Part shown: positions 22,021-30,111 of the stretch, piece after piece | How the letters are laid out: the number at the start of each line of letters is the position of its first letter | How positions within the stretch are numbered: position 1 is the first letter of the stretch | Source of the DNA: Arenicellales bacterium | Lineage (GTDB): Bacteria > Pseudomonadota > Gammaproteobacteria > BMS3Bbin11 | DNA: 44,318 nucleotides | Direction of reading: 5' to 3' | Assembly (NCBI GenBank): GCA_029287855.1 | Contig: JARFQI010000063.1 | Location: 1-44,318, forward strand | Notes under the pieces: generated by a model | Told to the model about the DNA's origin: nothing | Database searches by the model: none | Seen by the model: the letters and a program-made list of their open reading frames with translations, nothing else | Program-made: the position numbers and the translations under genes

Positions 22021-22024
22021 GTAT
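22000..22024 (-). promoter_or_regulatory. IscR type-1 operator
   Basis: ATACCTGACCAGTTTAGTCAAGTAT matches 23 of 25 positions of the type-1 consensus ATASYYGACTRWWWYAGTCRRSTAT. It is near-palindromic and overlaps the -35 element and spacer of the candidate promoter. Confidence 0.6.
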
Positions 22025-22029
22025 TATAA

Positions 22030-22842
22030 CTAATTCTTTTCCCCATCCTTGTTATCACTTGTATCAACAGTTTGGTCGTGAATTTTCTCCTCACCACCAC
22101 TACTCAGTTCTTCTACAGCAATTTCAGGCATATCACCTAGCCCTTCAGCGAGACCCGCCTGTTCCAGCTTGCCGTCAATCAGGTTAATACGAGCGTCAAC
22201 AGCATGCAGGTGCTCGAGTATATGGTTAACTGCCTGCGCTACCGGGTCTGCAGAATCCTGCGTTTCGCCATAGGCAGTAAAACCGATCTTTTTCGCCTGT
22301 TCCTTACGCTTGTGGTCGTTCTTATCAGTTTCCGTATTGACAATATGGCCAGGGATTCCGATAACTGTCGCCATCGCAGGCACATCTTTAACAACGACTG
22401 AATTTGAGCCAATTTTTGCACTGGTACCTATGGTAATAGGCCCTAATACCTTCGCGCCGGCACCAATTACAACATTATCTTCCAGCGTCGGGTGGCGTTT
22501 GCCTTTGTCCCAGCTGGTACCACCTAGTGTCACACCATGGTAGAGGGTGCAATCGTTGCCGATTATCGCTGTTTCACCTATCACCACGCCCATTCCATGA
22601 TCTATAAAAAAACGGCAGCCGATCGTCGCACCGGGATGTATTTCAATTCCCGTCAGCCAGCGGAACAGGTTTGAAACCACTCGTGCCAGCCACTTCAGGT
22701 GGTGGTGCCATAAAAAACTGCTGATGCGATGACCCCAGACGGCGTGCAGACCCGGGTATGTTGTCAGCACTTCAAGTGCGTTCCTGGCTGCAGGATCACG
22801 CTCGAATACACTTTCAATATCTTCTCTAATTCTTTGAAACAT
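22030..22842 (-). CDS. cysE: serine O-acetyltransferase
   Basis: SATase N-terminal helical domain plus a left-handed beta-helix ([38 protein letters not shown]), with a charged C-terminal extension. Confidence 0.9.
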   Translation of the reverse strand: MFQRIREDIESVFERDPAARNALEVLTTYPGLHAVWGHRISSFLWHHHLKWLARVVSNLFRWLTGIEIHPGATIGCRFFIDHGMGVVIGETAIIGNDCTLYHGVTLGGTSWDKGKRHPTLEDNVVIGAGAKVLGPITIGTSAKIGSNSVVVKDVPAMATVIGIPGHIVNTETDKNDHKRKEQAKKIGFTAYGETQDSADPVAQAVNHILEHLHAVDARINLIDGKLEQAGLAEGLGDMPEIAVEELSSGGEEKIHDQTVDTSDNKDGEKN

Positions 22843-22851
22843 AGTATTTTT

Positions 22852-24261
22852 TTAATTATTCTTCGGGGATTTATTTGCGCTCTTGTACCAGTTCAGCTTT
22901 TCTCTGAGCTGAACCACCTGCCCCACAATTATCAATGTAGGTGCCTTGATTTCATTCAACCTCACCAGCTCAGGCAGACTATCCAGATCACCAACATAGA
23001 CTTTCTGCTCTGGTGTTGTGCCCTTTTCGATTAGAGCGGCAGGTGTTGTCGGTGGCATATCGTGCGCGATCAGTTCTTTACAGATGATGTTGACTGCCTG
23101 CAACCCCATGTAAAAAACGATGGTCTGATTCGGCTGTGCCAGCGCCGGCCAGTTAAGGTTACAGGTGCCATCTTTCAGATGTCCGGTGACAAATGTGCAG
23201 GCCTGTGAATAATCCCGATGCGTCAGTGGTATCCCTGAATAGGTAGAGCAGCCTGAAGCTGCGGTGATGGCGGGCACGACCTGGAACGGGATTCCCTCCT
23301 CCATCAGTCCTTCAATTTCCTCTCCACCACGTCCAAAGATGAAAGGATCGCCACCTTTTAGTCGCAATACGCGATGTCCCTCTTTTGCCAGTCTGACCAG
23401 CAGGTGATTAATATCTTCCTGTGGAATCGTATGGTTATTTCTCTCTTTACCGGCATAGATACGCTGTGCATCGCGGCGAACCATATTTAGTATCGGTTCT
23501 GACACCAGCCGGTCGTAGACCACGACATCAGCCTGCTGCATTAATCGCAAGGCCCGAAATGTCAGTAGATCCGGGTCACCCGGTCCAGCACCCACGAGAT
23601 ATACCTGCCCCGATTCATGCGGTTTATCTTCAGCTTTGCTGATTTCTTCGGCAAGCGCCATCCTGGCCTCATCATCATGGCCGGCGTAAACCATTTCAGC
23701 GATACTTCCCTGCAGTACACGTTCCCAGAAGTAGCGCCGCGATTCTACATCGCTAAAGCGTTCTTTAACCGCATCTCGGTACTCTTCCACCAGGCTTGCC
23801 AGTCTGCCACAGGCGGATGGGATGGAGGATTCCAGGCGGCCTCGCAGCAGTCTTGCCAGTACCGGTGAGGCGCCGCCTGTTGAAATTGCAATCTGTACTG
23901 GAGAGCGGTCAATGATTGATGGCATCAGGAAACTGCATAAATCGGGATTATCAACTACATTCACAGGGATTCCTTTCTCATGCGCTATGGCTGATATGCG
24001 TTCATTGACTTCTCTATCGTCTGTAGAGGCAATGATAATAGCCTGATTACTAATATCAGCATCTTCGAAATTACGTTCGATATGAGTAATTGTATTTGCC
24101 GCCGCCATGGCTGACAGATCGTCACAAAGCCCGGGTGATATAACGGTAATGGATGAACCGGCTTTTTTCAGCAGAGCGACCTTTCTTGCAGCAACCTGAC
24201 CACCGCCTACAACCAGGCAATCGCGTTGTTTTATATTAAGAAATATGGGTAGTGAATCCAT
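22852..24261 (-). CDS. cysG: siroheme synthase (uroporphyrinogen-III methyltransferase / precorrin-2 dehydrogenase / ferrochelatase)
   Basis: 469-aa ORF. N-terminal Rossmann motif VVGGGQVAARK, and C-terminal SUMT motifs VYLVGAGPGDPDLLT and RLKGGDPFIFGRGGEE. Confidence 0.92.
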   Translation of the reverse strand: MDSLPIFLNIKQRDCLVVGGGQVAARKVALLKKAGSSITVISPGLCDDLSAMAAANTITHIERNFEDADISNQAIIIASTDDREVNERISAIAHEKGIPVNVVDNPDLCSFLMPSIIDRSPVQIAISTGGASPVLARLLRGRLESSIPSACGRLASLVEEYRDAVKERFSDVESRRYFWERVLQGSIAEMVYAGHDDEARMALAEEISKAEDKPHESGQVYLVGAGPGDPDLLTFRALRLMQQADVVVYDRLVSEPILNMVRRDAQRIYAGKERNNHTIPQEDINHLLVRLAKEGHRVLRLKGGDPFIFGRGGEEIEGLMEEGIPFQVVPAITAASGCSTYSGIPLTHRDYSQACTFVTGHLKDGTCNLNWPALAQPNQTIVFYMGLQAVNIICKELIAHDMPPTTPAALIEKGTTPEQKVYVGDLDSLPELVRLNEIKAPTLIIVGQVVQLREKLNWYKSANKSPKNN

Positions 24262-24400
24262 AATGGCTCCAGCATGGTCAGAAATCTAATCTACAAATAA
24301 CCGATCAATTTTATCAAATACTTGAGGGCAGCTCTATTAAATCTCAAGATGAATGATTAAATGATCACACAGTTGCGTACAGGCCTGGTACAACGATAAT

Positions 24401-24421
24401 GCTAAAGCAATGAGCTTTAGC
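24401..24421 (-). terminator. hairpin between the 178-aa gene and cysG (weak terminator candidate)
   Basis: GCTAAAGC-AATGA-GCTTTAGC forms a perfect 8-bp stem, but no T-run follows on either strand. Confidence 0.3.
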
Positions 24422-24439
24422 GCTTTGATAGAGGGGGCT

Positions 24440-24976
24440 TTACTGTTGCTGACGGCAGCTTGTCACTTCTATTTCTTCAAAATGTTCCTTCAGCCAGCGG
24501 TGGACAAGGTGTGATGAATAGCGCTTGAGGTCTTTTTCATGTCCATCCTGGTTCATAATGCGTGCAGTCATTTCGAGTCTTACCTTGTTTGGTGTAAAGT
24601 GTTGCGCCAGTTTTTTAATAGCAGATGGTTTCCCCGGACGAACCTTGGGCATGGTGTATACGAGGTTTTGCATTGTGTCTATACGCAGGCTGGCAAAAAT
24701 CGGCCGCAGTCGTCTGCGGACTTCTTCCCGCACCAGCCGCGTGGCGAGCCAGGCCAGGTTATCAGCAGCATCGAGTAAATCCGGATCGACACCGAGTGCA
24801 GATTGCTGAAAGAAATCCAGTGCAGGGTAATAACCGAGATGATTTTCTTTTTCGTAGTCTGCAACCTGCCTCGCCAGTTCTTTTCCTACTACTTCAGCAG
24901 CTGCGGCAGAATGACTGTCCAGGTCTTCAAGTTTCACTGTGACCAGGATCGAAAGTGAAACATTAGTGACATTCAT
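24440..24976 (-). CDS. hypothetical protein, 178 aa
   Basis: ATG-initiated ORF 42 bp downstream of the DUF2237-like gene on the same strand. I recognise no motif. Confidence 0.5.
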   Translation of the reverse strand: MNVTNVSLSILVTVKLEDLDSHSAAAAEVVGKELARQVADYEKENHLGYYPALDFFQQSALGVDPDLLDAADNLAWLATRLVREEVRRRLRPIFASLRIDTMQNLVYTMPKVRPGKPSAIKKLAQHFTPNKVRLEMTARIMNQDGHEKDLKRYSSHLVHRWLKEHFEEIEVTSCRQQQ

Positions 24977-25018
24977 ATCTACAAAGCTTGTGCAGGGCAG
25001 ATGGTGAAATAATATTCG

Positions 25019-25414
25019 TTAATTAAGGTCAGCTGCATATTCCTTCAGCTGTTCCAGCGCTACAATTTCCAGCGCACGAATATGGGTTCGAGTCATATGC
25101 ACACGCGGTGCCATATCATGTTCATAGGCCTCCAGCCATCTGGCAGCACACAGGCACCAGCTGTCACCGGGTTTCAGTCCGGCAAATCCAAACTGGGGCA
25201 TTGGTGTTGACAGGTCGTTTCCACGAGATCGCGAGAATTCAAGAAAGTCGCTGTTTACCTTGATGCATACCGTGTGAGAGCCAAGGTCTTCCCTGCAGGT
25301 ATTACACTTGCCGTCCCTGAAAAATCCTGTAACGGGTTCTTCACTGCAGGACTGCAGAGGCTCGCCATAGACATTTAATGATTCATCTTTATCCATTTCC
25401 TGCATGCTTCCCAT
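25019..25414 (-). CDS. DUF2237-like small Cys-rich protein
   Basis: NVYGEPLQSCSEEPVTGFFRDGKCNTC...GSHTVC...GDSWCLCAARW matches the conserved pattern I associate with the DUF2237 family. Confidence 0.65.
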   Translation of the reverse strand: MGSMQEMDKDESLNVYGEPLQSCSEEPVTGFFRDGKCNTCREDLGSHTVCIKVNSDFLEFSRSRGNDLSTPMPQFGFAGLKPGDSWCLCAARWLEAYEHDMAPRVHMTRTHIRALEIVALEQLKEYAADLN

Positions 25415-25439
25415 TATTGCTTTCTCCCGAGTGAGTAAA

Positions 25440-26576
25440 TCATTGTTCTAGTGTCCCGATCATTTCAAGCAACGGTTCACTGACAGGCTTAATCCGCTTA
25501 CGCATTACACTACCGAGGCAATCAGTACCGCCAAATAGAGGGTCCAGCAATGTTTCGCTCATTTGTGCCAGTCCGAGCATGGCGAGTGTACGCTCTCGAC
25601 ATCCTGGTACTGCAGCAATGAGCTGTTTTATTTCGCTTGAAAGATGATGGTGCTCATTTTCACAGTTGTCATCATAGATTCTGCAATTGTAAGCACTGAG
25701 CTCTTCTATAGTGCGAAAACGCCGCGTCAGCCCCATCTCTGTAAAATGATGACCAATGGCGTTCAGCAAAGTCACCACCACTGCCTGCTGTGCTGGCCTC
25801 TTCAACGACAGGCCGATAGTGTGAAGAAATGCTCGTCCCCTGTCACTGTGGCACCAGAGATAGTATTCAGCGGCTTTATTACCCTGATCAATAATATTGG
25901 CAAGCTGCTGGCTCAACTGCGGATAGTTTTCATGTTCCGGGATATCAAGTGGCAGATCATTCGCTGCTGTAATCAGAAACCCGGGGTAATAGGCCGATTT
26001 GTGTGACGCCTTTTTCCACAAGCCTATACGGTCTTCTTCAGAAAGCACTCCTGCCTGCAGCAGCAGGCTGACTGTTTCAACGATGCGCAGGGCATCTGAT
26101 TCAAACGGCAGGAATTCCATCAGGAAGGTCGCCAGTTCCTGACCCAGGTCATCGTCAATAACACTTTTATGCCGCAGCAATATCCGTGCATTTTCTTCCG
26201 TCGGCTGCGCCCACCAGGCATGCCGGGCAACTTCTACCGGCAGATCTTCACTGTTGGCAACCGCAACGACAGCCTCTGGTTCACCCAGTTTTAGCAGGTT
26301 CTGCAGGCTTTCTTCCTTACGCGACTGGCCCATCCTGATCCAGCGGTGGATATATACCGGATAGCCAATAGGCGAACCCAGCACATATGTAGAGATCATT
26401 TCTTTGACCATGCCGATATATTTCTCATCACGACAATTGGGATTCAGAACAACCTGCCCTTCACCACGCTCTGTCAGGGCATCAATGCGCATTTTTGATT
26501 CATCAATACGCAGGGCATAAAGGTTTTGCCTGAGTAATACGTTAATTCGCAGATTGTCTTCGTTTGAAAGTGGCAT
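25440..26576 (-). CDS. hypothetical protein, 378 aa (possibly DsrS-like, unverified)
   Basis: Uninterrupted ORF 22 bp downstream of the VWA gene, with no TM segment or classical motif. The N-terminal LSNEDNLRINVLL...IDESKM...LTERGEG and the size recall DsrS of sulfur oxidisers. This rests on memory only. Confidence 0.55.
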   Translation of the reverse strand: MPLSNEDNLRINVLLRQNLYALRIDESKMRIDALTERGEGQVVLNPNCRDEKYIGMVKEMISTYVLGSPIGYPVYIHRWIRMGQSRKEESLQNLLKLGEPEAVVAVANSEDLPVEVARHAWWAQPTEENARILLRHKSVIDDDLGQELATFLMEFLPFESDALRIVETVSLLLQAGVLSEEDRIGLWKKASHKSAYYPGFLITAANDLPLDIPEHENYPQLSQQLANIIDQGNKAAEYYLWCHSDRGRAFLHTIGLSLKRPAQQAVVVTLLNAIGHHFTEMGLTRRFRTIEELSAYNCRIYDDNCENEHHHLSSEIKQLIAAVPGCRERTLAMLGLAQMSETLLDPLFGGTDCLGSVMRKRIKPVSEPLLEMIGTLEQ

Positions 26577-26598
26577 TAATTCGTATTATATAACTTGG

Positions 26599-27867
26599 TT
26601 AGTTTAGCTGTACCCGTGTACCAAACGGCACCTTCTTTTTTCCTTTTACCAGCCATAGCACATCAACAGCTGGTTCCTGCCTGGGGAACTCGCCTTCGGC
26701 GTCTGTAAAGTAGACCAGCAGATCAGGTTGTATATCCTGTTGCTTTAGCCACTGAAATGGCGGGACAAAAGAGGTGCCGCCACCGCCGCCAAGCTTTTCC
26801 GGCAAATGCACTTCTTCCCATGGCTCATATCGCCAGGGACAATTGCTATCAAGTTCTGCATCACAGGCGAGCAAAGTGATGCGGGCAGATAACTGTCCTT
26901 TTATGGCATTGATCTCGCTCAGAAACTCGCTCATCTCACCGTTACTGATGGATCCGCTGGTATCGACGACGACGACAATATTGACTTCTGTACTTCGCAA
27001 ACTGGGGTAGATTGCCGGGCCATCGCGCCGGCTTGATGGTCGCATGTAACTGTAATCATTACGTGCGATATAGCTAAGATAGCGAGCCAGCATCATACGC
27101 CATGGAAGGCTAGGCTGCAGCATATGATCAACCAGGCGGGCCAGTGATCCGGCCAGTTTTCCCGCCTGCATCGCCTGTTGTGCTGCGCCGGCCAGCCTCT
27201 GCTGCCATTGCACAGACAGGTCTTCCCGCTCCTGGCCACTAAGCGGACGAGGACGTTTCGCCCCTCCCGCATCACTGTCAGATTCAGCCTTACCACCGGT
27301 TTTGCCCTTTACTTCACTGCCGCCGCCTTTTTCAGTGACTTCACCATCAGCTGAGGACTGATCTCCGTTTGATGGTAATTCGCCTGACCCTTCACCCTGT
27401 GCACCATCATCTTCTTCTGCATCATAGATATGCTGATCGATAGTCTGGTCGGCCATCTTTTTATCAAGATAAGGATAGATTTCCTCAGCCGTCATTTCAG
27501 CAAAGCCTTTATCGTAGAGTATGCCAAATGGTGCTGTCAGGCCTTCATCAAGTAACAATGGATTGATAGCATAGTCACAGGCAATGTCCCAGCGCCACTT
27601 CAGGCGATTTTCTCTGCGTGCAAAGTGTGCGAGACCGCAATGCAGGGCTTCATGAGCAAGCATAAACTCTGTTTCCTGAAGCGACAGGGAATCAATAAAT
27701 TCGGGATTGTAATAGAACTTTCTGGCATCAGTTGCCGTGGTTTTACACCATTTACGGTCCGCGGCTACTAGCGGCAGTCGCAATACCAGTGCACCGAGAA
27801 AAGGTCTGTCGAGAATTAGTCGAGTGCGGGCAGTAGCGAGTTTCTGTTCAACTTGTTTAAGTATCAT
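26599..27867 (-). CDS. zincin-like (HExxH) / VWA-domain protein, DUF2201-type partner of MoxR ATPases
   Basis: HEALH is at aa 72-76 (nt 27640-27654). An acidic Gly/Ser-rich linker spans about aa 148-205. The C-terminal VWA fold carries the MIDAS motif VVVDTSGSI. Confidence 0.8.
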   Translation of the reverse strand: MILKQVEQKLATARTRLILDRPFLGALVLRLPLVAADRKWCKTTATDARKFYYNPEFIDSLSLQETEFMLAHEALHCGLAHFARRENRLKWRWDIACDYAINPLLLDEGLTAPFGILYDKGFAEMTAEEIYPYLDKKMADQTIDQHIYDAEEDDGAQGEGSGELPSNGDQSSADGEVTEKGGGSEVKGKTGGKAESDSDAGGAKRPRPLSGQEREDLSVQWQQRLAGAAQQAMQAGKLAGSLARLVDHMLQPSLPWRMMLARYLSYIARNDYSYMRPSSRRDGPAIYPSLRSTEVNIVVVVDTSGSISNGEMSEFLSEINAIKGQLSARITLLACDAELDSNCPWRYEPWEEVHLPEKLGGGGGTSFVPPFQWLKQQDIQPDLLVYFTDAEGEFPRQEPAVDVLWLVKGKKKVPFGTRVQLN

Positions 27868-27906
27868 GGGTGATCTAGAGGCGGTCTATCTCAGCAATTA
27901 TGGCTT

Positions 27907-28953
27907 CTAGCGACCGAACACCATCAGGTCTGCGATAGAATCTGCCCACTGGTCAAATTCCGGAACTGAAAACATTGCTTCACCCAGTGTTCGGTTCATA
28001 TCTGACACCATCATCACGCCCATCTCCCGCTGCGGGAAACTGCCAGCAAAACTCAATATATTGCCAATGACCCTGGCGGCATCCTCGCTGCCCTTCTCGC
28101 GAATGGCACGGCCAACCAGTGCCGTGGCGACAGCATATTGCAGATCTATCTCACCGGGTACAGGTACATCTTTTCCAGCAATAATTTCATCGAGATCCGG
28201 CATATTACTGAGATTCTCGATATACGCCTTGAGTTCGATACCGGTTGCCGGTCCCACGCAGGCCTGCAGAGTTTCAGTCAGCAACTCTGGTTGGTCTTCA
28301 AATTTCTGCAGGGCATTGTTGGCAAACTCCCATGAACGCGGAGTTGGAAAGGCAACCGGATTATGTGCCGGATCGAATTCAAACAGCTTTTCCGGTCGGA
28401 AGCGCAAAAATGCGATAAGCCTGTCATCAATACCCTTGCTATAGGCCCAGTTGACCCAGTCATCGAGGTTGATATCGACATCAAAATGCGAGAAGCGGTT
28501 AGCCAGCGGTGATGGCATGGTGTAGGTAACGCCACGATCACCCTGCCGGTTGCCGGCAGCAAAGATTGCCCAACCTTCGGGTACTTTGTATTCACCAAGA
28601 CTGCGGTCAAGAATCAACTGATAGGCAGCGGCTGAAACGCTGGGTGGTGCGGAGGTCACTTCATCGAGGAACAGGATGCCTGTTTCACCATGACGCTTCG
28701 CGTTCGGCAGCATAGACGGAATAGCCCATTCTACAAAATCTCCCACTCGCATAGGAATTCCGCGCAAATCACTTGGCTCCATTTGTGAAAGGCGCACGTC
28801 AATGACTTCAACACCATGTGAAACAGCTATCTGCTGAACAATCTGTGATTTTCCTACGCCTGGAGGGCCCCAGAGCATTACCGGTGTGTGCAGGCCTTCA
28901 CTGGCACTGAGGAACTCCCGTTCCAGGACTTTTATTAAATGTGCTGGGCGCAA
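27907..28953 (-). CDS. MoxR-like AAA+ ATPase (AAA_5 type)
   Basis: Walker A GPPGVGKS, Walker B ILFLDEV, sensor region AAGN and PLANRF. It has a single AAA+ module plus a helical C-terminal domain. Confidence 0.85.
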   Translation of the reverse strand: MRPAHLIKVLEREFLSASEGLHTPVMLWGPPGVGKSQIVQQIAVSHGVEVIDVRLSQMEPSDLRGIPMRVGDFVEWAIPSMLPNAKRHGETGILFLDEVTSAPPSVSAAAYQLILDRSLGEYKVPEGWAIFAAGNRQGDRGVTYTMPSPLANRFSHFDVDINLDDWVNWAYSKGIDDRLIAFLRFRPEKLFEFDPAHNPVAFPTPRSWEFANNALQKFEDQPELLTETLQACVGPATGIELKAYIENLSNMPDLDEIIAGKDVPVPGEIDLQYAVATALVGRAIREKGSEDAARVIGNILSFAGSFPQREMGVMMVSDMNRTLGEAMFSVPEFDQWADSIADLMVFGR

Positions 28954-29004
28954 TATATTATTCTCGTCATTATTATCGTGTCAGATCTGTTAGATCCAGA
29001 GTAA

Positions 29005-29430
29005 TTAAAATCCGGCTTTGGCATACCACTCTTTCGCCAGTTCAGGATCTTTCTCAACACCGTTACCTTCTTCATAAATCATCGCCAGGGTCGTCTGTGA
29101 GCCAGCCAGTCCCTGTTCTGCAGCCAGCGTGAACCATTTGATGGCCTCCTTCATATCCTTGTCGACACCATCACCTTCCATGAACATAAAACCAAATCCG
29201 TGTTGTGCGACGGCATGGCCCTGTTCTGCTGCCTTGCGCATCCATTTTACAGCAGCATCCGGGTCATGCCCGACACCCAAACCATTCTGGTACATGATGG
29301 CCACACGATGCATTGCTTCGGTATTGCCGCTTTCAGCAATGGGTGAGAGAAAACGCATAGCCGTGGCAAAGTGCTTGGATTCAAAGGCTGACATTCCACT
29401 GGCGAAATCGAGATCTTCGTTATCGCTCAT
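29005..29430 (-). CDS. Sel1-like repeat (SLR/TPR-family) protein
   Basis: Three to four repeats of the SLR signature (A..W..KAAEQGH..AQ..LG.MY..G.GV..D). Confidence 0.8.
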   Translation of the reverse strand: MSDNEDLDFASGMSAFESKHFATAMRFLSPIAESGNTEAMHRVAIMYQNGLGVGHDPDAAVKWMRKAAEQGHAVAQHGFGFMFMEGDGVDKDMKEAIKWFTLAAEQGLAGSQTTLAMIYEEGNGVEKDPELAKEWYAKAGF

Positions 29431-29810
29431 AATCTACTCCACAAATGTGATATTACAAACCGCTAATAATATCAGATTGTACCGACAGAATATTGCCCTA
29501 TAGACATATGCCCCATAGTGCAAATGGATATAAATATTGTTTATACAGGCGGGATTTCCTGACACTTCAATCAATCCATCGCTATCGCGGGAGTCGTTTA
29601 CAACATAATATTTTTCACAAAAGTCAACGCTAGAGCATTAATACTGACGAGACTTGTTTCTCATTTTTGCACGTCAATTCCCGCTGGACAAAAGGGTTAT
29701 TATCAGTCAAAATAAGCGTTTAATTATTTACTGTATTTTCGGGGATGTTGCGTTGATCAAAGCATCCTTGTAACCATTGACAAAGTATTTAAGGACATAG
29801 GGGACTTTTC

Positions 29811-30005
29811 ATGAACAAAGAATATTATGACGCAGTAGTCAAAATGGAAGAAATGGGTGTAGACAGCGAATATATCCAGGGTTGGCAAGGCGGCTACCTG
29901 TGCAACGTCAAGCGTGAAGAACAGAGGCTGACCGAAGCCTATGAAGCTGGCTATGACGACGGTTTAGAAAAGAACCAGGACAACTTCGGCAACTGGATCA
30001 GCTAA
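29811..30005 (+). CDS. small acidic hypothetical protein, 64 aa
   Basis: ATG is preceded by AGGGGA, and two consecutive hairpins follow, the second a strong terminator. Confidence 0.5.
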   Translation: MNKEYYDAVVKMEEMGVDSEYIQGWQGGYLCNVKREEQRLTEAYEAGYDDGLEKNQDNFGNWIS

Positions 30006-30042
30006 GCCAGATTCAGCTGCGCTGAATTCCGAAAAAGTCTAG

Positions 30043-30070
30043 AAAGGAGCGCATTGCGCTCCTTTTTTTT
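30043..30070 (+). terminator. rho-independent terminator
   Basis: AAAGGAGCGC-ATT-GCGCTCCTTT forms a 10-bp stem running into a T8 tract. An additional hairpin ATTCAGC-TGC-GCTGAAT lies at 30011-30027. Confidence 0.8.
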
Positions 30071-30111
30071 ACTGAAATATTTGCGACACCTTCGCATAGG
30101 AAAAAATACCG

